This document shows, piece after piece, positions 21,882 to 34,603 of a stretch of DNA of 64,000 nucleotides. A model generated the notes under the pieces. It was not told the origin of the DNA and did no database searches. It worked only from the letters and a program-made list of their open reading frames with translations. Position 1 is the stretch's first letter, and every line of letters starts with the position of its first letter. The translations under genes and the position numbers were made by a program. Source of the stretch: Spirochaetota bacterium (GTDB lineage Bacteria; Spirochaetota; UBA4802; UBA5550); assembly GCA_963664815.2 (NCBI GenBank), contig CAXXHB010000003.1, positions 1,312,001-1,376,000 of the forward strand, read 5' to 3'.

Positions 21882-23756
21882 CTATTCTTTATACATGCTG
21901 TCAATCTGCGTCATGTATTTCTGTCCGATCTCTTTTCTTTTAAGTTTCATTGTGGGTGTCAGCTCTCCACCCTCCTGAGTTAACTCGCCGGTGAGAAGAG
22001 TAAATTTTTTTATCTTTTCAACCTGCCCCAGGGATTCAGTTCTCTTTGCGATGATCTCTTCATACAGTTTATGTATTTCAGGTTTCGCCGCCAGCTCGTC
22101 TCTTGAACTGTATGTGATTCCATTCTTTCTGCAGTACTCTTCAAGTATTATAAAATTCGGCACAACCAGCGCCGATATGTACTTTTTCCCTTCGCCGATA
22201 GTGACAAACTGTTCGATAAAAAGCTCATCTCCGAGAAGAACCTCTATCTGCTGCGGTGATATATTCTTTCCTCCGGCTGTTATAATCAGGTCCTTGATCC
22301 TGTCTGTAATTTTAATATATGTAAGCATATCGCCATGTTTCTCTTCGGTGATTAATTCTCCCACGTCCTGGGTTTTAAACCACCCGTCCGGTGTGAAGCA
22401 CGATTTGGTCTCTTCCGGCTTTTTATGGTACCCGCTCATGCACATGCCGCCTTTAAGCTGAATCTCCCCCTCGTCAGACAGTCTCGCCTGGATCATCTGC
22501 AGCATGGGGCCGCAGTATGCGGGTTTCCCCGTGTCCCTGTACCCGACACATACGGGGAAAAACTCCGTGAGTCCGAATCCCTGGATGATATTGATGCCGA
22601 ATGCCTGAAAGAACTCGTTGATCTCCGGGGCAAAGGCCGCACCCCCGATATGGTATACACTACATCTCTCAGTGCCGAGTTTTGCACGTACCGCGCTGAA
22701 TATAAGCCTGTCAGCCAGCCTGTACCTGAAACCGCTCTGACCCCTGCCTGTGTTTATTTTTTTTCTGTATTCCTCAATCCCTACTTTTGAAGCCCATTCG
22801 AAAAGTCTTCTCTTCACAGGTGAGGCCGATTTTATCCCTTCGTGGATTGTGCCGTAGACTTTTTCCCATATTCGTGGGACGCTGGTCATAAAATGAGGTT
22901 TTACATGTGACATTACCTCAATAAACTGTTTGGGGTCGGGACAATAGGCTATTTTAACCCCTTCCGACATGCATCCGTAAGACCACATCCTTTCAAAAAC
23001 ATGACTTAATGGGAGAATGGCAAGGGATACCGTATCCGGGCCTGCCTCGGGAAATCTCATGTATGACGGATATATTCCGTTCATGAAACTCCTGTGTGTA
23101 TGAACGGCGCCTTTAGGTTTGCCGGTTGTTCCGGAGGTATATATAAGAGTGAGTATATCATCAGGCTTAACGCTCTGCAGCCTGTTGTCAAGCTCGGCGT
23201 CGTTGGTCAGATTTTTACCTTTATCAATGAGATCGTTAAAGTGAACGCTGTGGTCCCCTTCAATTTCAGTTTCACTGTCGAAGGCAACAATCAGTTTGAG
23301 TGTTCTGCTCTCTTTTATTATCTGTTTGGCTTTATTATATTGATCCTGATCCCCTGTGAAAATAATCTTCACATCAGCATCATTTATAATATATTCTGCT
23401 TCATCTTTGGAGTTTGTAGCATAGACGGGAACCGATACAGCCCGTGTGGAGAGAATACCAAGGTCGGAGATAGCCCATTCAGCCCTGTTGTGTGAAAATA
23501 TTGCACACATCTCCCCGGGCTGAAGTTTCATATCGATAAGAGCTTTTGCGGTAGCCCTGGTTTTATCCCCCAGTTCGCTCCATTTTATCGATTCCCATTC
23601 ACCTTTACTGTTCTTATGTGTCAGGGCATCGCGGTCCTTAAACCTTTCCGCCCGTTTCAGCATCATGTATGCGAGGGTTTTGTTCTCGTTCAGGTAGTTG
23701 TCAAAATCCTTCTGCCAGTCTCTTTTTGATTCATTTAACGGCTGTATCATATTCAC
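21882..23756 (-). CDS. Long-chain fatty acid-CoA ligase (FadD15-like)
   Basis: IYTSGTTGKPKG, LPLSHVFER, QGFGLTE, DRIKDLIITAGGKNISPQ, ELTPTMKLKR. Confidence 0.92.
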   Translation of the reverse strand: MNMIQPLNESKRDWQKDFDNYLNENKTLAYMMLKRAERFKDRDALTHKNSKGEWESIKWSELGDKTRATAKALIDMKLQPGEMCAIFSHNRAEWAISDLGILSTRAVSVPVYATNSKDEAEYIINDADVKIIFTGDQDQYNKAKQIIKESRTLKLIVAFDSETEIEGDHSVHFNDLIDKGKNLTNDAELDNRLQSVKPDDILTLIYTSGTTGKPKGAVHTHRSFMNGIYPSYMRFPEAGPDTVSLAILPLSHVFERMWSYGCMSEGVKIAYCPDPKQFIEVMSHVKPHFMTSVPRIWEKVYGTIHEGIKSASPVKRRLFEWASKVGIEEYRKKINTGRGQSGFRYRLADRLIFSAVRAKLGTERCSVYHIGGAAFAPEINEFFQAFGINIIQGFGLTEFFPVCVGYRDTGKPAYCGPMLQMIQARLSDEGEIQLKGGMCMSGYHKKPEETKSCFTPDGWFKTQDVGELITEEKHGDMLTYIKITDRIKDLIITAGGKNISPQQIEVLLGDELFIEQFVTIGEGKKYISALVVPNFIILEEYCRKNGITYSSRDELAAKPEIHKLYEEIIAKRTESLGQVEKIKKFTLLTGELTQEGGELTPTMKLKRKEIGQKYMTQIDSMYKE

Positions 23757-23914
23757 CCTCCGGGTTATCTTTTTTTTGTTTGTGATATAATATTTTTTTA
23801 GCAGAGGTTTAAGTCAAATATTATTTAGAAATAATGTTCATTTTATAGAACATGGTTCTGTATCGGGGAGAGCTGCTCTCTCAGAGGGTAGGTTTTTTTA
23901 ATACTTCCGGAATT

Positions 23915-23974
23915 ATCGTTCTAACCATCATCGTTCTATCTATCATCGTTTTAACTATCATCGATCTAACCATC
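23915..23974. repeat. 15-bp tandem repeat x4 (ATCGTTCTAACCATC consensus)
   Basis: atcgttctaaccatc atcgttctatctatc atcgttttaactatc atcgatctaaccatc. Confidence 0.8.
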
Positions 23975-23975
23975 C

Positions 23976-25055
23976 TTATACCCTCACTTTATAAAGATTA
24001 TCCGGAAATTCAAATTTACAGGTAACTCCACCTGAATTTTCCATAACCACCCGTCCTCTCATCTGCAGCTCTCCGAGAGTGTAGATCAGCTGTAATCCAA
24101 GAGTGTTATGGTTCTTAAAATCAAATCCGGCCGCTACACCGATCCCGTTATCATGATAATGAAGGATGTTTTCTGAATCACCGCTGGTCAGCGTGATTGT
24201 TATAACTCCTTTATGATCATCAGGAAATGCGTATTTTAATGAATTTGTGATAAGCTCATTGAGAATCAGGCCAAGGGGAATTGCCGTATCAAGAAGAAAA
24301 TAGTGGTCACAGGCATTAATATTTAATGATACTTTATCAACAGGCACCTCGAAATCCTGCATAATCATATCTGACAGTTTATGGATATATTCATTTATGG
24401 GGATCTGCGATAAATTCTGGCTATTATACAGCATCTGGTGCACAAGTGATATTGCCCGGATTCTCTGTTCGGTATTTTTCAAAACGTCCTGAAGCTCTCC
24501 ATTTGAGGGATGCTCCTCGGCCTGCAGAAGCAGCATGCTGATTATTACCTGAAGTGAATTTCTGGTCCGATGGTATAGTTCACGGATAAGCGTTTCTTTT
24601 TCATGCAGCAGCTGCATGAGCCTCTCCTCTGTAATTTTGCGCCCGGCTATCTCCCGTTCTAATGCCTCTATATGAGTCAGCTGAAGGTGGATGTTTACAC
24701 GCGCCAGAACCTCTTCCAGCTGGAATGGTTTTGTGATAAAATCAACCCCGCCGCAAGAGAAGGCCTTCAGTTTATCGATTGTCTCATTAAGGGCGCTTAT
24801 AAAAATAACAGGTATGTCATGAAGCTTTTCATCCTCCTTGAGATATCGGCAGACCTCATATCCGTCCATTTCAGGCATGGTTATATCCAGGAGAATAAGA
24901 TCAGGCGGATTGTTTCTGGCTGACTGCAATGCAAGGTTTCCGTTAAGCGCAGCTCTTATCCTGTATCCTTTCTGTTTCAGCATCCCTGTCAGGAGCTCAA
25001 GGTTTGCCGGTTTATCATCTACAATAAGTATATTTGCCTGTTCATTATGATTCAT
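23976..25055 (-). CDS. Response-regulator receiver fused to HisKA_2/HWE-type histidine kinase
   Basis: ILIVDD, LLDITMP, FITKPF receiver; [28 protein letters not shown]. Confidence 0.88.
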   Translation of the reverse strand: MNHNEQANILIVDDKPANLELLTGMLKQKGYRIRAALNGNLALQSARNNPPDLILLDITMPEMDGYEVCRYLKEDEKLHDIPVIFISALNETIDKLKAFSCGGVDFITKPFQLEEVLARVNIHLQLTHIEALEREIAGRKITEERLMQLLHEKETLIRELYHRTRNSLQVIISMLLLQAEEHPSNGELQDVLKNTEQRIRAISLVHQMLYNSQNLSQIPINEYIHKLSDMIMQDFEVPVDKVSLNINACDHYFLLDTAIPLGLILNELITNSLKYAFPDDHKGVITITLTSGDSENILHYHDNGIGVAAGFDFKNHNTLGLQLIYTLGELQMRGRVVMENSGGVTCKFEFPDNLYKVRV

Positions 25056-28000
25056 AATAGCCGTCCCTGATTTTTAGCAGATCTATGAGCCTGTCAAACT
25101 GGTATTTTTTCAGCATATCTGTCATCTCCTGCTTTACCTGCCTGGATAAGGTATAGCTGCTCTCAATAATTTCAAGAAGCAGATCCTGATCGAGGTTTAT
25201 AGCGGCTTCCAGCATCGAATTCCTGGTTTCACAGGTGAGTTGTGCTATATCCTCCTCAAGAACATATACATTACCCGGTTTAATATCCTTTTTTTGTTCA
25301 TGAATCTCATTGCTGTAAATATACTCCAGATCGAGATATTTTTTTATCATGTCAAAAATTTCCCTTTCCCTGAATGGTTTCCTGAGATAATCACTGGCGC
25401 CTATGCCGAGCACTTTAATCCTGTCCTCTTCAAATGCGCTTGCTGTTACGGCAACGATCGGGATATCTCTCCCGCTCTCCATCCCCTTAATCACACGGAT
25501 CGCATCATAACCGCTCATCACCGGCATATTCAGATCCATAAGGATGATATCCGGATTCCACTCTTCAAATATGCGGATTGCATCCCGGCCGTTTTCCGAT
25601 TCCCGGACAGAGAACCCTGCGGATTCAAGCATCTCTTTCATGAGTTTCCTGTTATCGGTTTTATCATCAGCTACCAGCACTCTGAATTCTTTTTCATTAG
25701 CCATGATTTTTATGACGTTTCTCGCGGGAATTTCATAAGATGCTTCATCTTTTATCGCAGGCTCCACGCTGATTTTCATTGTAAAACATGTCCCTTTTCC
25801 TGCCTCGCTCCTGACGTTTATATCCCCTCCGAGGAGTCTCGCATAGTAGATGCATATAGGGAGCCCAAGGCCGGTACCTCCGGCTTTCATTCCTGCGTCA
25901 GTCTGTTCAAAGACCTCAAAAATCCTGTTTATATCACTTTCGGAGATCCCCGTTCCGCTGTCTTCAATGTCAATTACAAGCATCTGCATAATTCCCGGTG
26001 ATTCTTCAATCCGTACCCTTATGGCAATGCCGCCTTCTTCGGTGAATTTTACTGCGTTACCGATAAGGTTTATCAGTATCTGCCGAAGCTTACCCTGATC
26101 GGTGCTGATAAATTCCGGTAGTCCCGGCGGGATTTCAAGGATAAGGCTGAGATTCTTTGCATCGGTTTTTACCTTGAACATCATTTCAATGTCGCGTAGA
26201 AGGGAGTGAAGGCTGAATATAGAAAAGGTTATCCCCATGCGCCCCGATTCAATTTTAGAAATTTCCAGTATGTCATTTATCAGGGAGAGGAGGTGTTCAC
26301 CGCTTCTGTTTATAGTATCCAGTCTTTCTGACTGTTTCATGGTAATCTCCGGATCGCGTTTCATCAGCTGTGAAAAGCCGAGTATGGCATTCATCGGAGT
26401 GCGGATTTCGTGCGACATGCTCGACAGGAAACGGCTTTTTGCATTATTCGCCGCCTCGGCGGCCTCTTTTGCCTCCTGAAGTCTGATCTCGGCGAGCTTG
26501 ATGTCGGATATATCCCTGTTTATTCCCACGATTCCGTAGGGAGTTCCATCCTTATCTGTAAGCGGCACCTTTGTGATGTAATACCATCTGCTTTCGGTAT
26601 TATTAATAACAGTAAGCTCCTCCCTGTTAATGCATTGTTTTTCCTTCTGCAGTAAAAGCTGCTCTTCGCGATATGATTCGTTAGCCCTTTCCTGCGGCAG
26701 CAGGTCAAAATCTGTCTTATCAAGAATACTTTCTGAGGATCCAGGTAAAAGGATCTCCAGTACTTTCGAGTTAGCCAGTATAAATTTTCCATTTGAATCT
26801 TTTGCATAAATCTGATCAGGTATGCTGTTTATCAGGGTTTTTAAGAGGTTTCGTTCGTCCGAAAGCATTCTTTCAGACTCCATGCGTTGTGTAATGTCCT
26901 TGAATACAACTACAGCACCTATAACCTCATGGTTTTCAGCTATCGGAGTGCTTATGTATTCAACGGGGAAAGCGGTTCCGTCCCGTTTCCAGAATATCTC
27001 ATCGCTGATACGGTACTGTCTTTTTTTACTGAAAGCCATGTAAATCGGGCACTCCTCAACCGGATATGGAGAACCGTCGGGCTTCGTATGATGCAGATGG
27101 TTATGACCGTGTTTACCGGTCAGTTCAAAACCCTCCCATCCCAGCATACGAATCCCTGCGGGATTAATAAATGTTATAATTCCATTACTGTCGATTCCAT
27201 AAATACCCTCTCCAATTGAATTGAGAATGAGATCATTCCGCCTTCTTGCATTTTCAACCTCTTTTGTACGTTCAGTTACCATCTCCTCCAGCCGGTCACG
27301 GTAGTTTTTCAGCTCCTCTTCCGCCTTGATCCTGCCTGTGATATCCCTTGAGATAACTACAATTGACTTGCCCCCTGAAGCTCTGTTTATAATGTTGCCG
27401 CCGCATTCCACCCATAACCAGCGGCCGTCACTGTGTCTGAATCTCCATATATCGCGCGATGGTTTGCCGCTGATCAGCAGATCCCCGTATTTTTCTCTGG
27501 CATTCTGCAGGTCATCGGGGTGTATCAAATCTTCAGCGCTTTTTGAGATCATCTCTTCAGGTTCATAACCAAGGACTTTTTTATAGGATGGGCTAAGGTA
27601 GGTATATCTTCCGGTTTCATCGAGTTCACAGATCAGGTCGTTTATATCCTCCACCATCATCCTGTAGCGTTCCCTGCTTTCAACCAGTTCGTTCTGTAAT
27701 CTCTTCAGCTCGTTTATGTCTGAAAAAGTGATTACCATCATCTGAAGTTTTCCGTCTGAACCGAATTCAGGAAAGGCATTAATCAGTACAAATTTAACAT
27801 CATTGGTATGAGGTCTTACAACCCCCATTATATGGTCTTTCAGCGGTTTTAAGCCTGATAAGACTATATTTACAGGATATTCATCAGGCTCGGCCCTGTT
27901 CCCGTCCTCATTTATAAAATACCACCCGGGATCCATGGCGGTTTTCCCTTTCATCTGTTCAATTGTAAGCCCCAGAATCTGTGATGCGTAGTTATTTGCC

Positions 28001-30438
28001 ATGATTATTGATGTATCAGGTCCGTGAACCACAACGCCTGTCTGAAGGTTATCCATGAGGAGCCTGTACTTCTCTTCGCTTCTCCTGAGGGAATTTTCGA
28101 TGTTTCTTCTTGAAAGAATCTTGCTTAATTCATTTGCAATTATCTGAAGGTTAACAACATCATTGTCATTATATTCTTCAGATTTGTTGCCTACACCAAA
28201 GATAATCCTTGCAGTGCCGCCTTCGATCACAGGGATACTCATGAACCTTTTCACCGGTGTATGGCCTTCGGGGAGACCTTTCCGGTTTGGTGAATCGGAG
28301 AAATTATTGTATATTACGGGCCGTTTCTCCCTTACGCAGTCAACCCAGTTCCCCGCTTCGTCAACAGGATAGTGAAAATCATAAAGGGCATTGCACGTTT
28401 TAAGCGCCTCGCTGTTCCATGACGTCAGAACAATTGTTCTGCCGTCATCATCGACAGAGTGACAGAACCCGATAGAGCTGTCTGTCAGCATAACAGCGCA
28501 GTCGAGGGCGAAGTCGAAGAGTTCCTTATCTTTGAAATAATATGCCTTTTCATGAAGTTCAAGAAGAACCCTTCCGCGCTCCTTCTCTTTATATATTATA
28601 TTCTCTGCCCTTAATCTGTCAGATATATCAGTGTCAAAGATAAGGGCTGCGGGTTTCCTCTCCCAGGTGATAGCTGCCGCATGTCTTTCCAGAGTGCTGA
28701 TCGAACCGTCTTTACGGGTTATTCTGAAAGAGTATATTTCCGGCGCCTCTTCTCCATTAAGTCTCCTGCTGTGATAATCAAGCAGAAGTTCACGGTCGTC
28801 CTGATGTACAATGTCCGAGTATCTTGTTCCGGTGATTTCTGCCGCTGTATAACCGGTGGTCTCCATTATATTCCTGTTGGAGAACCTAACCAGATCATCC
28901 TGGATAACAAGAATTGTTTCACCGGCGTTTTCAATCAGGGTCCTGTATTTCTCCTCGGATTCCATGAGCTCGCTTTCCGACTGAAGCAGTGCCTCGTTGG
29001 ATGCTTCATACTCTTCGTTGATTGCCTGCAGTTCCTGGATTGTTTCATTCAGTTTTTCATTTACATCCAGCAGCTCATCATTCGCCTTTCTGACGGATGC
29101 TTCAGCCTCTTCTTTTCCATAAATTTCTTCCTCCAGGGATCTGTTCAGTCCTGTGAGCTCCAAAGTCCTCTCCGCTACCCGTTCCTCCAGCAGTTCATTG
29201 CTTCCGGCAAGATCCCGGTTTGCCTTTTTTATCTTTATATTAAGCCTGAATACTGTGACTGACATTACTGATGTGATTAACAGCAGTAACAGCAGCAGGA
29301 TTGAAGGGTACCTGTATTCCCTGAAGAGATCAACGAAGGTGATTTTCCCGTAATCGCTGTAGGGACCAACGCGAAGTTTCATCATAAGACGGTGCACCGG
29401 CTCATAGGCAAGCGGAGTTGTCCATCCTGCGATTCCTGCGGCTCTGGCGGAGGGGTCGCTTTTTCTTATTCTGAACAGGGCGCTTACTACGTTCCGTGAG
29501 AGTAAATCGGACGTGGTGCGTATTTTAGCCAGCGGCCATTCAGGATAGAGCCTGCTGCTGACGTGCAGCGGAAATTCACCGGAAATCCTGTCATTGAGTA
29601 TCCGGAAGTCTCTGATATCTATTTTACCCGCAGCTGCCATCTGTTCAAGTACACCGGTCCAGACGGCGCCCGCATCACCCCTGCCGTCACGCACTCCATA
29701 TACGATATTATCATGTGGAAATCCGGCAAATAAAACCTCTGCCAGGTCCTTATCCGGATCGATCCCGAGGTCTTTCATCTCACTCTCCGCGATCCACCAT
29801 GTTAACGATCTCTCTGTGGCAGCTATGAATTTTTTCCCTCTGAGATCATTGATATCTCTGATATCTGTCCTTTCTGATTTTGTGAAAATAACCGTTCCAA
29901 CTTTACTGCATTCAATGCTGCCGTTAAGACTGACCCTGGTGGCTATGCGCGTTATATCATATTTCTTTTCGAGAGTAACATAACTGCCCGGATTTGTTAT
30001 AATAAAATCGAGTTCACATTTTTCTATTGCAGGGCCGATTGTATTATGGTCAAAGGGTATAATCCTGAATCTGTATCCGGGGATATTTGCAGTCAGATAA
30101 TCCGCTGTAGGGGCCCATGCTTTTATGGTCTCCTCGTGACCCCTTATTGCGAGAACCCCGATGTTGATATTTTCGTAGGAATAAACTTTTTTTATGAAGA
30201 GGGATGTAATTAGTACTATCACCAGGAGGCATATCGTAATATTCTTCACGGAATTTTGAGCTTTACGTTTTCCCGCTGCATGTTGATGCAGGTTGTCAGC
30301 ATATAATGCTTCAGTTATCATAAACCCGCTGTTCATTATTTTATATAATCCGCACCTATACTTTTTTTTACCGGCTGCAGCCGGGTAATGTGTCTGTCCG
30401 TTCATACCCCGTACTGTTTGTTGATAATCTATAATCAT
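25045..30438 (-). CDS. Hybrid sensor histidine kinase: PhnD/TtrS-like periplasmic domain, PAS/GAF domains, HisKA-HATPase, REC (true start probably downstream of 30438)
   Basis: IGVLAIRG...LYPEWP...GWTTPLAY sensor domain, TM helix, PAS repeats, [33 protein letters not shown]. Confidence 0.9.
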   Translation of the reverse strand: MIIDYQQTVRGMNGQTHYPAAAGKKKYRCGLYKIMNSGFMITEALYADNLHQHAAGKRKAQNSVKNITICLLVIVLITSLFIKKVYSYENINIGVLAIRGHEETIKAWAPTADYLTANIPGYRFRIIPFDHNTIGPAIEKCELDFIITNPGSYVTLEKKYDITRIATRVSLNGSIECSKVGTVIFTKSERTDIRDINDLRGKKFIAATERSLTWWIAESEMKDLGIDPDKDLAEVLFAGFPHDNIVYGVRDGRGDAGAVWTGVLEQMAAAGKIDIRDFRILNDRISGEFPLHVSSRLYPEWPLAKIRTTSDLLSRNVVSALFRIRKSDPSARAAGIAGWTTPLAYEPVHRLMMKLRVGPYSDYGKITFVDLFREYRYPSILLLLLLLITSVMSVTVFRLNIKIKKANRDLAGSNELLEERVAERTLELTGLNRSLEEEIYGKEEAEASVRKANDELLDVNEKLNETIQELQAINEEYEASNEALLQSESELMESEEKYRTLIENAGETILVIQDDLVRFSNRNIMETTGYTAAEITGTRYSDIVHQDDRELLLDYHSRRLNGEEAPEIYSFRITRKDGSISTLERHAAAITWERKPAALIFDTDISDRLRAENIIYKEKERGRVLLELHEKAYYFKDKELFDFALDCAVMLTDSSIGFCHSVDDDGRTIVLTSWNSEALKTCNALYDFHYPVDEAGNWVDCVREKRPVIYNNFSDSPNRKGLPEGHTPVKRFMSIPVIEGGTARIIFGVGNKSEEYNDNDVVNLQIIANELSKILSRRNIENSLRRSEEKYRLLMDNLQTGVVVHGPDTSIIMANNYASQILGLTIEQMKGKTAMDPGWYFINEDGNRAEPDEYPVNIVLSGLKPLKDHIMGVVRPHTNDVKFVLINAFPEFGSDGKLQMMVITFSDINELKRLQNELVESRERYRMMVEDINDLICELDETGRYTYLSPSYKKVLGYEPEEMISKSAEDLIHPDDLQNAREKYGDLLISGKPSRDIWRFRHSDGRWLWVECGGNIINRASGGKSIVVISRDITGRIKAEEELKNYRDRLEEMVTERTKEVENARRRNDLILNSIGEGIYGIDSNGIITFINPAGIRMLGWEGFELTGKHGHNHLHHTKPDGSPYPVEECPIYMAFSKKRQYRISDEIFWKRDGTAFPVEYISTPIAENHEVIGAVVVFKDITQRMESERMLSDERNLLKTLINSIPDQIYAKDSNGKFILANSKVLEILLPGSSESILDKTDFDLLPQERANESYREEQLLLQKEKQCINREELTVINNTESRWYYITKVPLTDKDGTPYGIVGINRDISDIKLAEIRLQEAKEAAEAANNAKSRFLSSMSHEIRTPMNAILGFSQLMKRDPEITMKQSERLDTINRSGEHLLSLINDILEISKIESGRMGITFSIFSLHSLLRDIEMMFKVKTDAKNLSLILEIPPGLPEFISTDQGKLRQILINLIGNAVKFTEEGGIAIRVRIEESPGIMQMLVIDIEDSGTGISESDINRIFEVFEQTDAGMKAGGTGLGLPICIYYARLLGGDINVRSEAGKGTCFTMKISVEPAIKDEASYEIPARNVIKIMANEKEFRVLVADDKTDNRKLMKEMLESAGFSVRESENGRDAIRIFEEWNPDIILMDLNMPVMSGYDAIRVIKGMESGRDIPIVAVTASAFEEDRIKVLGIGASDYLRKPFREREIFDMIKKYLDLEYIYSNEIHEQKKDIKPGNVYVLEEDIAQLTCETRNSMLEAAINLDQDLLLEIIESSYTLSRQVKQEMTDMLKKYQFDRLIDLLKIRDGYYES

Positions 30439-30737
30439 ACTGCTGATATTATATATATAACTATAAAAGAATAAAATTCCATATTTTTCGGATTTATCAG
30501 GTGACAGTATTAAATAAATTTTAACCTGCCTATGCTTTTTATAGAGTGTTTATACTAGGAATAGGTTTATAATAGCATTTTTTTAATGAATTTCATATTT
30601 TTATATATACAAATATTACACCGGTTTTATAAATGAAGGATTAATAAAAACAGATTATATTGTATGTCCTGTTTTAAATAATTTAATCTGGTCTGTGATA
30701 TGTAATAATTTTAAAAAGCTTATTTATAATAAGGAGT

Positions 30738-32306
30738 TTGATTATGAGCATTTTCAGCAGTTTAAATAATTTTTTTCTTGATCGGTTTTATGATAAACCA
30801 TTTCTTCTCCAGCAGCGCGTAAAGGCTTTTATGTGGGTGGAGATTGTCCTTGTCACTTTTGTTTCAGTTTCGGTAGCATCTACCAACATTACAAAGCCTG
30901 AATCGGCCGGCCTTCTTTATAATCTGAATAATTGTTCCATAATCGCCGGATGCATTATATGCCTGCTGCTTCTGCGACGGGGCAGATACTGGATTGCCAT
31001 ATATATAGGCATGATTCTGCCGATTCTTCTGCTGGGTATGCAGGGTTATAATGTCCCTACACAGTCCGGCAAGTATATATATATGTTCTACATGATGATG
31101 TTTCTTGTGATGGCGGCTATATTCGGCAACAAAGTTACCATTTCATTTATCGCTGCCTGTATAACAATCATCGGTATTTTTATTGTGCATACGGCAGGTT
31201 CACTGCTGAAACCACGCGATGCCATGAGCACAATGATCAATTATACCATAGTAAATATCGTTATTGCCAACCTCTGTTTTCTCATCTCGACAATTGTACG
31301 GAATTCCATCAATGAAGCGGAGAGTAAAAAAACAGAGGTGGAGCTGCAGTTGAAATCAATAAGAGAGATCGTTGCAACCGGTTCACATGCGGTCTCCACA
31401 ATGACGGAAGCGGTGGGGATTATGGATTCAGGCGCGTCTTCTTTTTCAGATAACGCCCAGGCGCAGGCATCGGGAATTGAGGAGATAACGGCAACAATTG
31501 AAGAGGTCACAGCAACTGCTGAGTCATCTGAAAATACCACAGTACAGCATTCCATGATGATCCTTGAGCTTATTGAAAGCCTTAAAGGGATGCACTCTCT
31601 GGTGACAGAGGTGCGCCTGAAAATGTCGGATGCCCTGCTGATCCGCAGGGATTTAAATACCAGAATGGAGGTTTCCCAGGAGGAGACAAAACGCTGTCTC
31701 ACCGCGATGAAAAACGCAATGGAGAGCAGCAGAAAGGTCGCCGAGGCTACAAGCCTTATAAATGATGTCTCCGATCAGATTAACCTTCTTTCCCTTAATG
31801 CCTCAATTGAAGCTGCAAGGGCGGGAGCGCAGGGGAGGGGTTTTGCGGTAGTCGCCGATGAAGTCGGGAAGCTGGCTGAGCTTACACAGCAGACAGCAAA
31901 GGAGATAACCACCCTTGTAAAACAGACGGAACAGGAGATGATGGCTACCGGCAGCGCACTTGGAAACGTGGCGGAAGCAAATACAGACGTTATCAGGCTG
32001 GCAGAATACTTCGGAACACGGGTAGAGGAGGTAAACAGCATATCCATGGAGGATCTGAGCAAAAATGAGGAGCTGCAGAGAGATGCAGCAAAGGTTCTCC
32101 AGAGTTCGGATGAACTTAAAATTTCAATGGAGGGTGTAAAGATCGCAATCGAGGAGATCAATAAATCGATAAGCATAATTAATCTCTCCACGCAGGACCT
32201 TGCTTCGGGCGCTGAAGATATCAGCAGCACAGCGAAGAAGGTGGCTAATTCAACAGAGAAACTCAGGGATGTCCTCTCAATGAAAATGAACCTGGCGGGG
32301 GCATAG
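30738..32306 (+). CDS. Methyl-accepting chemotaxis protein
   Basis: Six TM segments; [34 protein letters not shown] signalling motif. Confidence 0.93.
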   Translation: MIMSIFSSLNNFFLDRFYDKPFLLQQRVKAFMWVEIVLVTFVSVSVASTNITKPESAGLLYNLNNCSIIAGCIICLLLLRRGRYWIAIYIGMILPILLLGMQGYNVPTQSGKYIYMFYMMMFLVMAAIFGNKVTISFIAACITIIGIFIVHTAGSLLKPRDAMSTMINYTIVNIVIANLCFLISTIVRNSINEAESKKTEVELQLKSIREIVATGSHAVSTMTEAVGIMDSGASSFSDNAQAQASGIEEITATIEEVTATAESSENTTVQHSMMILELIESLKGMHSLVTEVRLKMSDALLIRRDLNTRMEVSQEETKRCLTAMKNAMESSRKVAEATSLINDVSDQINLLSLNASIEAARAGAQGRGFAVVADEVGKLAELTQQTAKEITTLVKQTEQEMMATGSALGNVAEANTDVIRLAEYFGTRVEEVNSISMEDLSKNEELQRDAAKVLQSSDELKISMEGVKIAIEEINKSISIINLSTQDLASGAEDISSTAKKVANSTEKLRDVLSMKMNLAGA

Positions 32307-32316
32307 TCTTTTTTCG

Positions 32317-33900
32317 TCACCCCCGTTTTTTTATAAGCAGATAATTAATGCCGTCGGCAATGGCAAGCAGTGATGCCTCTGTAATATTCCCGGATACTCC
32401 GATAGTGTTCCAGCTGTCGGATGTATCGCTCCATCCGGTAATTACCCTTATTCCGGATGCTGCACCATCAGCGGCATCCAGCACATGAACCCTGCAGCCA
32501 GTCATCCGCAGATATTCAGTTTCCGGATAAATCCCCGTTAATACCCTTCTGAGCGAGTTTTCAACAGCATCTGCCGGCCCGGTTCCCTCAGCTGCGGTTC
32601 TATATACCATGTTGTCAATAACTACCTCAAGCATCGCTTCAGCTGAAACCTCACCCCTGTCATTTTTATTCAAAACGACCCTGAACTCTTTTACCGTGAA
32701 AAAAGAATGTTTTTTTCCGGACGCTCTCCGCAGAAGCAGCTCCAGAGAGGCATCGGCTCCTTCAAAACTGTATCCGCGGTTTTCCAGCTCCTTTATTTCC
32801 CTTACGGCAGAGACGGCTGCTGTATCATTGCCGCTTATATCAATATTCATCTCCCCCGCCCTGCAGATGATGTTTGATATGCCGGAGAGTTCGGAGACCA
32901 GTACCCTCCGTCTGTTTCCTACATCTTCAGGGGAAATATGCTCATAGGTAAGGGAATTCTTTAAAAGGGCGGATACATGGATACCGGCCTTGTGGGTAAA
33001 GGCCCCTTTTCCCGTGTAGGGCTGGTTGCTGCAGGGCGGCATGTTTGCAATTCCGTTTACGCAGTCAGCTATACCCTTCAGCTTTTTCAGGTTCCCCGCC
33101 GGGAGAACCCTCTGTCCGAGTTTAAGTTCCAGTCCCGGTATTACCACGCAGAGATCCGCGTTGCCGCACCGTTCGCCATAGCCGTTGATTGTTCCCTGCA
33201 CCTGTATGCAGCCGTTTCTGACTGCTGTCAGGCTACCTGCTGCCGCGCAGCCTGAGTCATTGTGCATGTGGATACCCATTGGCGTTGTAATTAATTGCCG
33301 TGCCTGCTGCACTGTACTGCCTATCTCCCATGGCATTGTCCCGCCGTTGGTATCGCAAAGTACAATCCAGTCCGCGCCTGCATCAGTTGCAGCCTGCAGA
33401 ACGCTCAGGGCATAGCCGCGGTTATTCCTGTAACCGTCAAAGAAATGTTCGGCATCAAATATTACCTCCAGCCCATGTTCTTTGAGCAGCATAATGCTTT
33501 CCCTGACCATGGCAAGGTTTTCTTCGAGGGTTGTTTCAAGCGCGCGCAGTACATGAAAATCCCAGCTTTTGCCGAACAGCGCTGCTGCAGTTACGCCGGA
33601 TTCAATTATGGATTTCAGATTGCTGTCCCTCTCTGCCGGGATCCCCGGTTTGCGGGTTGATCCAAATGCTGTTATGCGTGCATATTCGAGTTTATAATCA
33701 CCGATACGCTGAAAAAACTCCATATCCTTTGGGTTACTCCCCGGCCATCCCCCTTCAATATAGGAAATCCCCAGTGAGTCAAGGGCGAGAGCAATTTTAA
33801 TTTTATCTTCAATGGTGAATGAAATACCTTCACCCTGCGAACCGTCTCTCAGCGTTGTGTCATAGGCAAATACATCCGCATTAAACGTATTGTTTCTGAA
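32317..33900 (-). CDS. cimA: Citramalate synthase (LeuA/CimA family); start codon uncertain
   Basis: Frame stays open upstream of the annotated ATG 33723 and encodes YDTTLRDGSQGEGISF...IEGGWPGSNPKD; FDAEHFFDG, LCDTNGG, HMHNDSG, GYGERCGN, GYSFEGADAS. Confidence 0.85.
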   Translation of the reverse strand, partial: FRNNTFNADVFAYDTTLRDGSQGEGISFTIEDKIKIALALDSLGISYIEGGWPGSNPKDMEFFQRIGDYKLEYARITAFGSTRKPGIPAERDSNLKSIIESGVTAAALFGKSWDFHVLRALETTLEENLAMVRESIMLLKEHGLEVIFDAEHFFDGYRNNRGYALSVLQAATDAGADWIVLCDTNGGTMPWEIGSTVQQARQLITTPMGIHMHNDSGCAAAGSLTAVRNGCIQVQGTINGYGERCGNADLCVVIPGLELKLGQRVLPAGNLKKLKGIADCVNGIANMPPCSNQPYTGKGAFTHKAGIHVSALLKNSLTYEHISPEDVGNRRRVLVSELSGISNIICRAGEMNIDISGNDTAAVSAVREIKELENRGYSFEGADASLELLLRRASGKKHSFFTVKEFRVVLNKNDRGEVSAEAMLEVVIDNMVYRTAAEGTGPADAVENSLRRVLTGIYPETEYLRMTGCRVHVLDAADGAASGIRVITGWSDTSDSWNTIGVSGNITEASLLAIADGINYLLIKKRG

Positions 33901-34007
33901 AACTCTCCCGCTTATGCCGGGATGAAGTTCTGACTTATAATCCCCAACTCCTGTTCCTCCTGTCAGTCTGTTTTATTTTTATTAAGTCATGAAACGGGGA
34001 AATCATA

Positions 34008-34514
34008 CTACATTAAATACCTCTTCAGAAACATAATATCCCTGCCGTCGTCGCAGGCATGATTATTTATGACAGTGGGAATAAAGTCATTTCTGATAAG
34101 CAGTGAAAGCATCGGCTTATTATTGGTGAATACACCTCCATGCAGAGCATGGAAACCTCCGTCTGAGGCAGCATCGACAGAATACTGCAGCAGCTGTTTT
34201 CCCGCCCCTCTGTTCTTAAAACCCGGCCTGACGGCAAACCCGGAAATTTCAAATCCCTCGACAGGGGATTCTTTTACCACTGCAATCCCTGTAATCAGTT
34301 CATTGACATCAGTCGTTACGAAATATCTCCCCCCCATTTCCTGATGATGTGAAAACCAGAAGCTTACAATATCAGCACTGAACTCTTTCAGCGTAAAACT
34401 GAGGTATTTAAGGTTCTCACGGTCATTCCATATTTCAAGATAGGCCGGAAGAAGCTTTCCGAAATCCTCGCTGCATCTCTGTGGTACAAATTCACGTATT
34501 GTAAATTCAGACAT
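34008..34514 (-). CDS. GNAT-family acetyltransferase
   Basis: FAVRPGFKNRGAGKQLL acetyl-CoA binding motif A. Confidence 0.8.
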   Translation of the reverse strand: MSEFTIREFVPQRCSEDFGKLLPAYLEIWNDRENLKYLSFTLKEFSADIVSFWFSHHQEMGGRYFVTTDVNELITGIAVVKESPVEGFEISGFAVRPGFKNRGAGKQLLQYSVDAASDGGFHALHGGVFTNNKPMLSLLIRNDFIPTVINNHACDDGRDIMFLKRYLM

Positions 34515-34541
34515 ATATTGCCCCCTGATGATTATATATAT

Positions 34542-34581
34542 AAAAAAAGCCCCTGCGGTTTTGCCGGCAGGGGCTTTTTTT
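34542..34581 (-). terminator. Intrinsic terminator (attenuator) upstream of GNAT-cimA
   Basis: Minus strand AAAAAAAGCCCCTGC-CGGCAAAACC-GCAGGGGCTTTTTTT, located between leader peptide and first gene. Confidence 0.85.
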
Positions 34582-34603
34582 ATTGCATATGTATTACTGA
34601 TCC

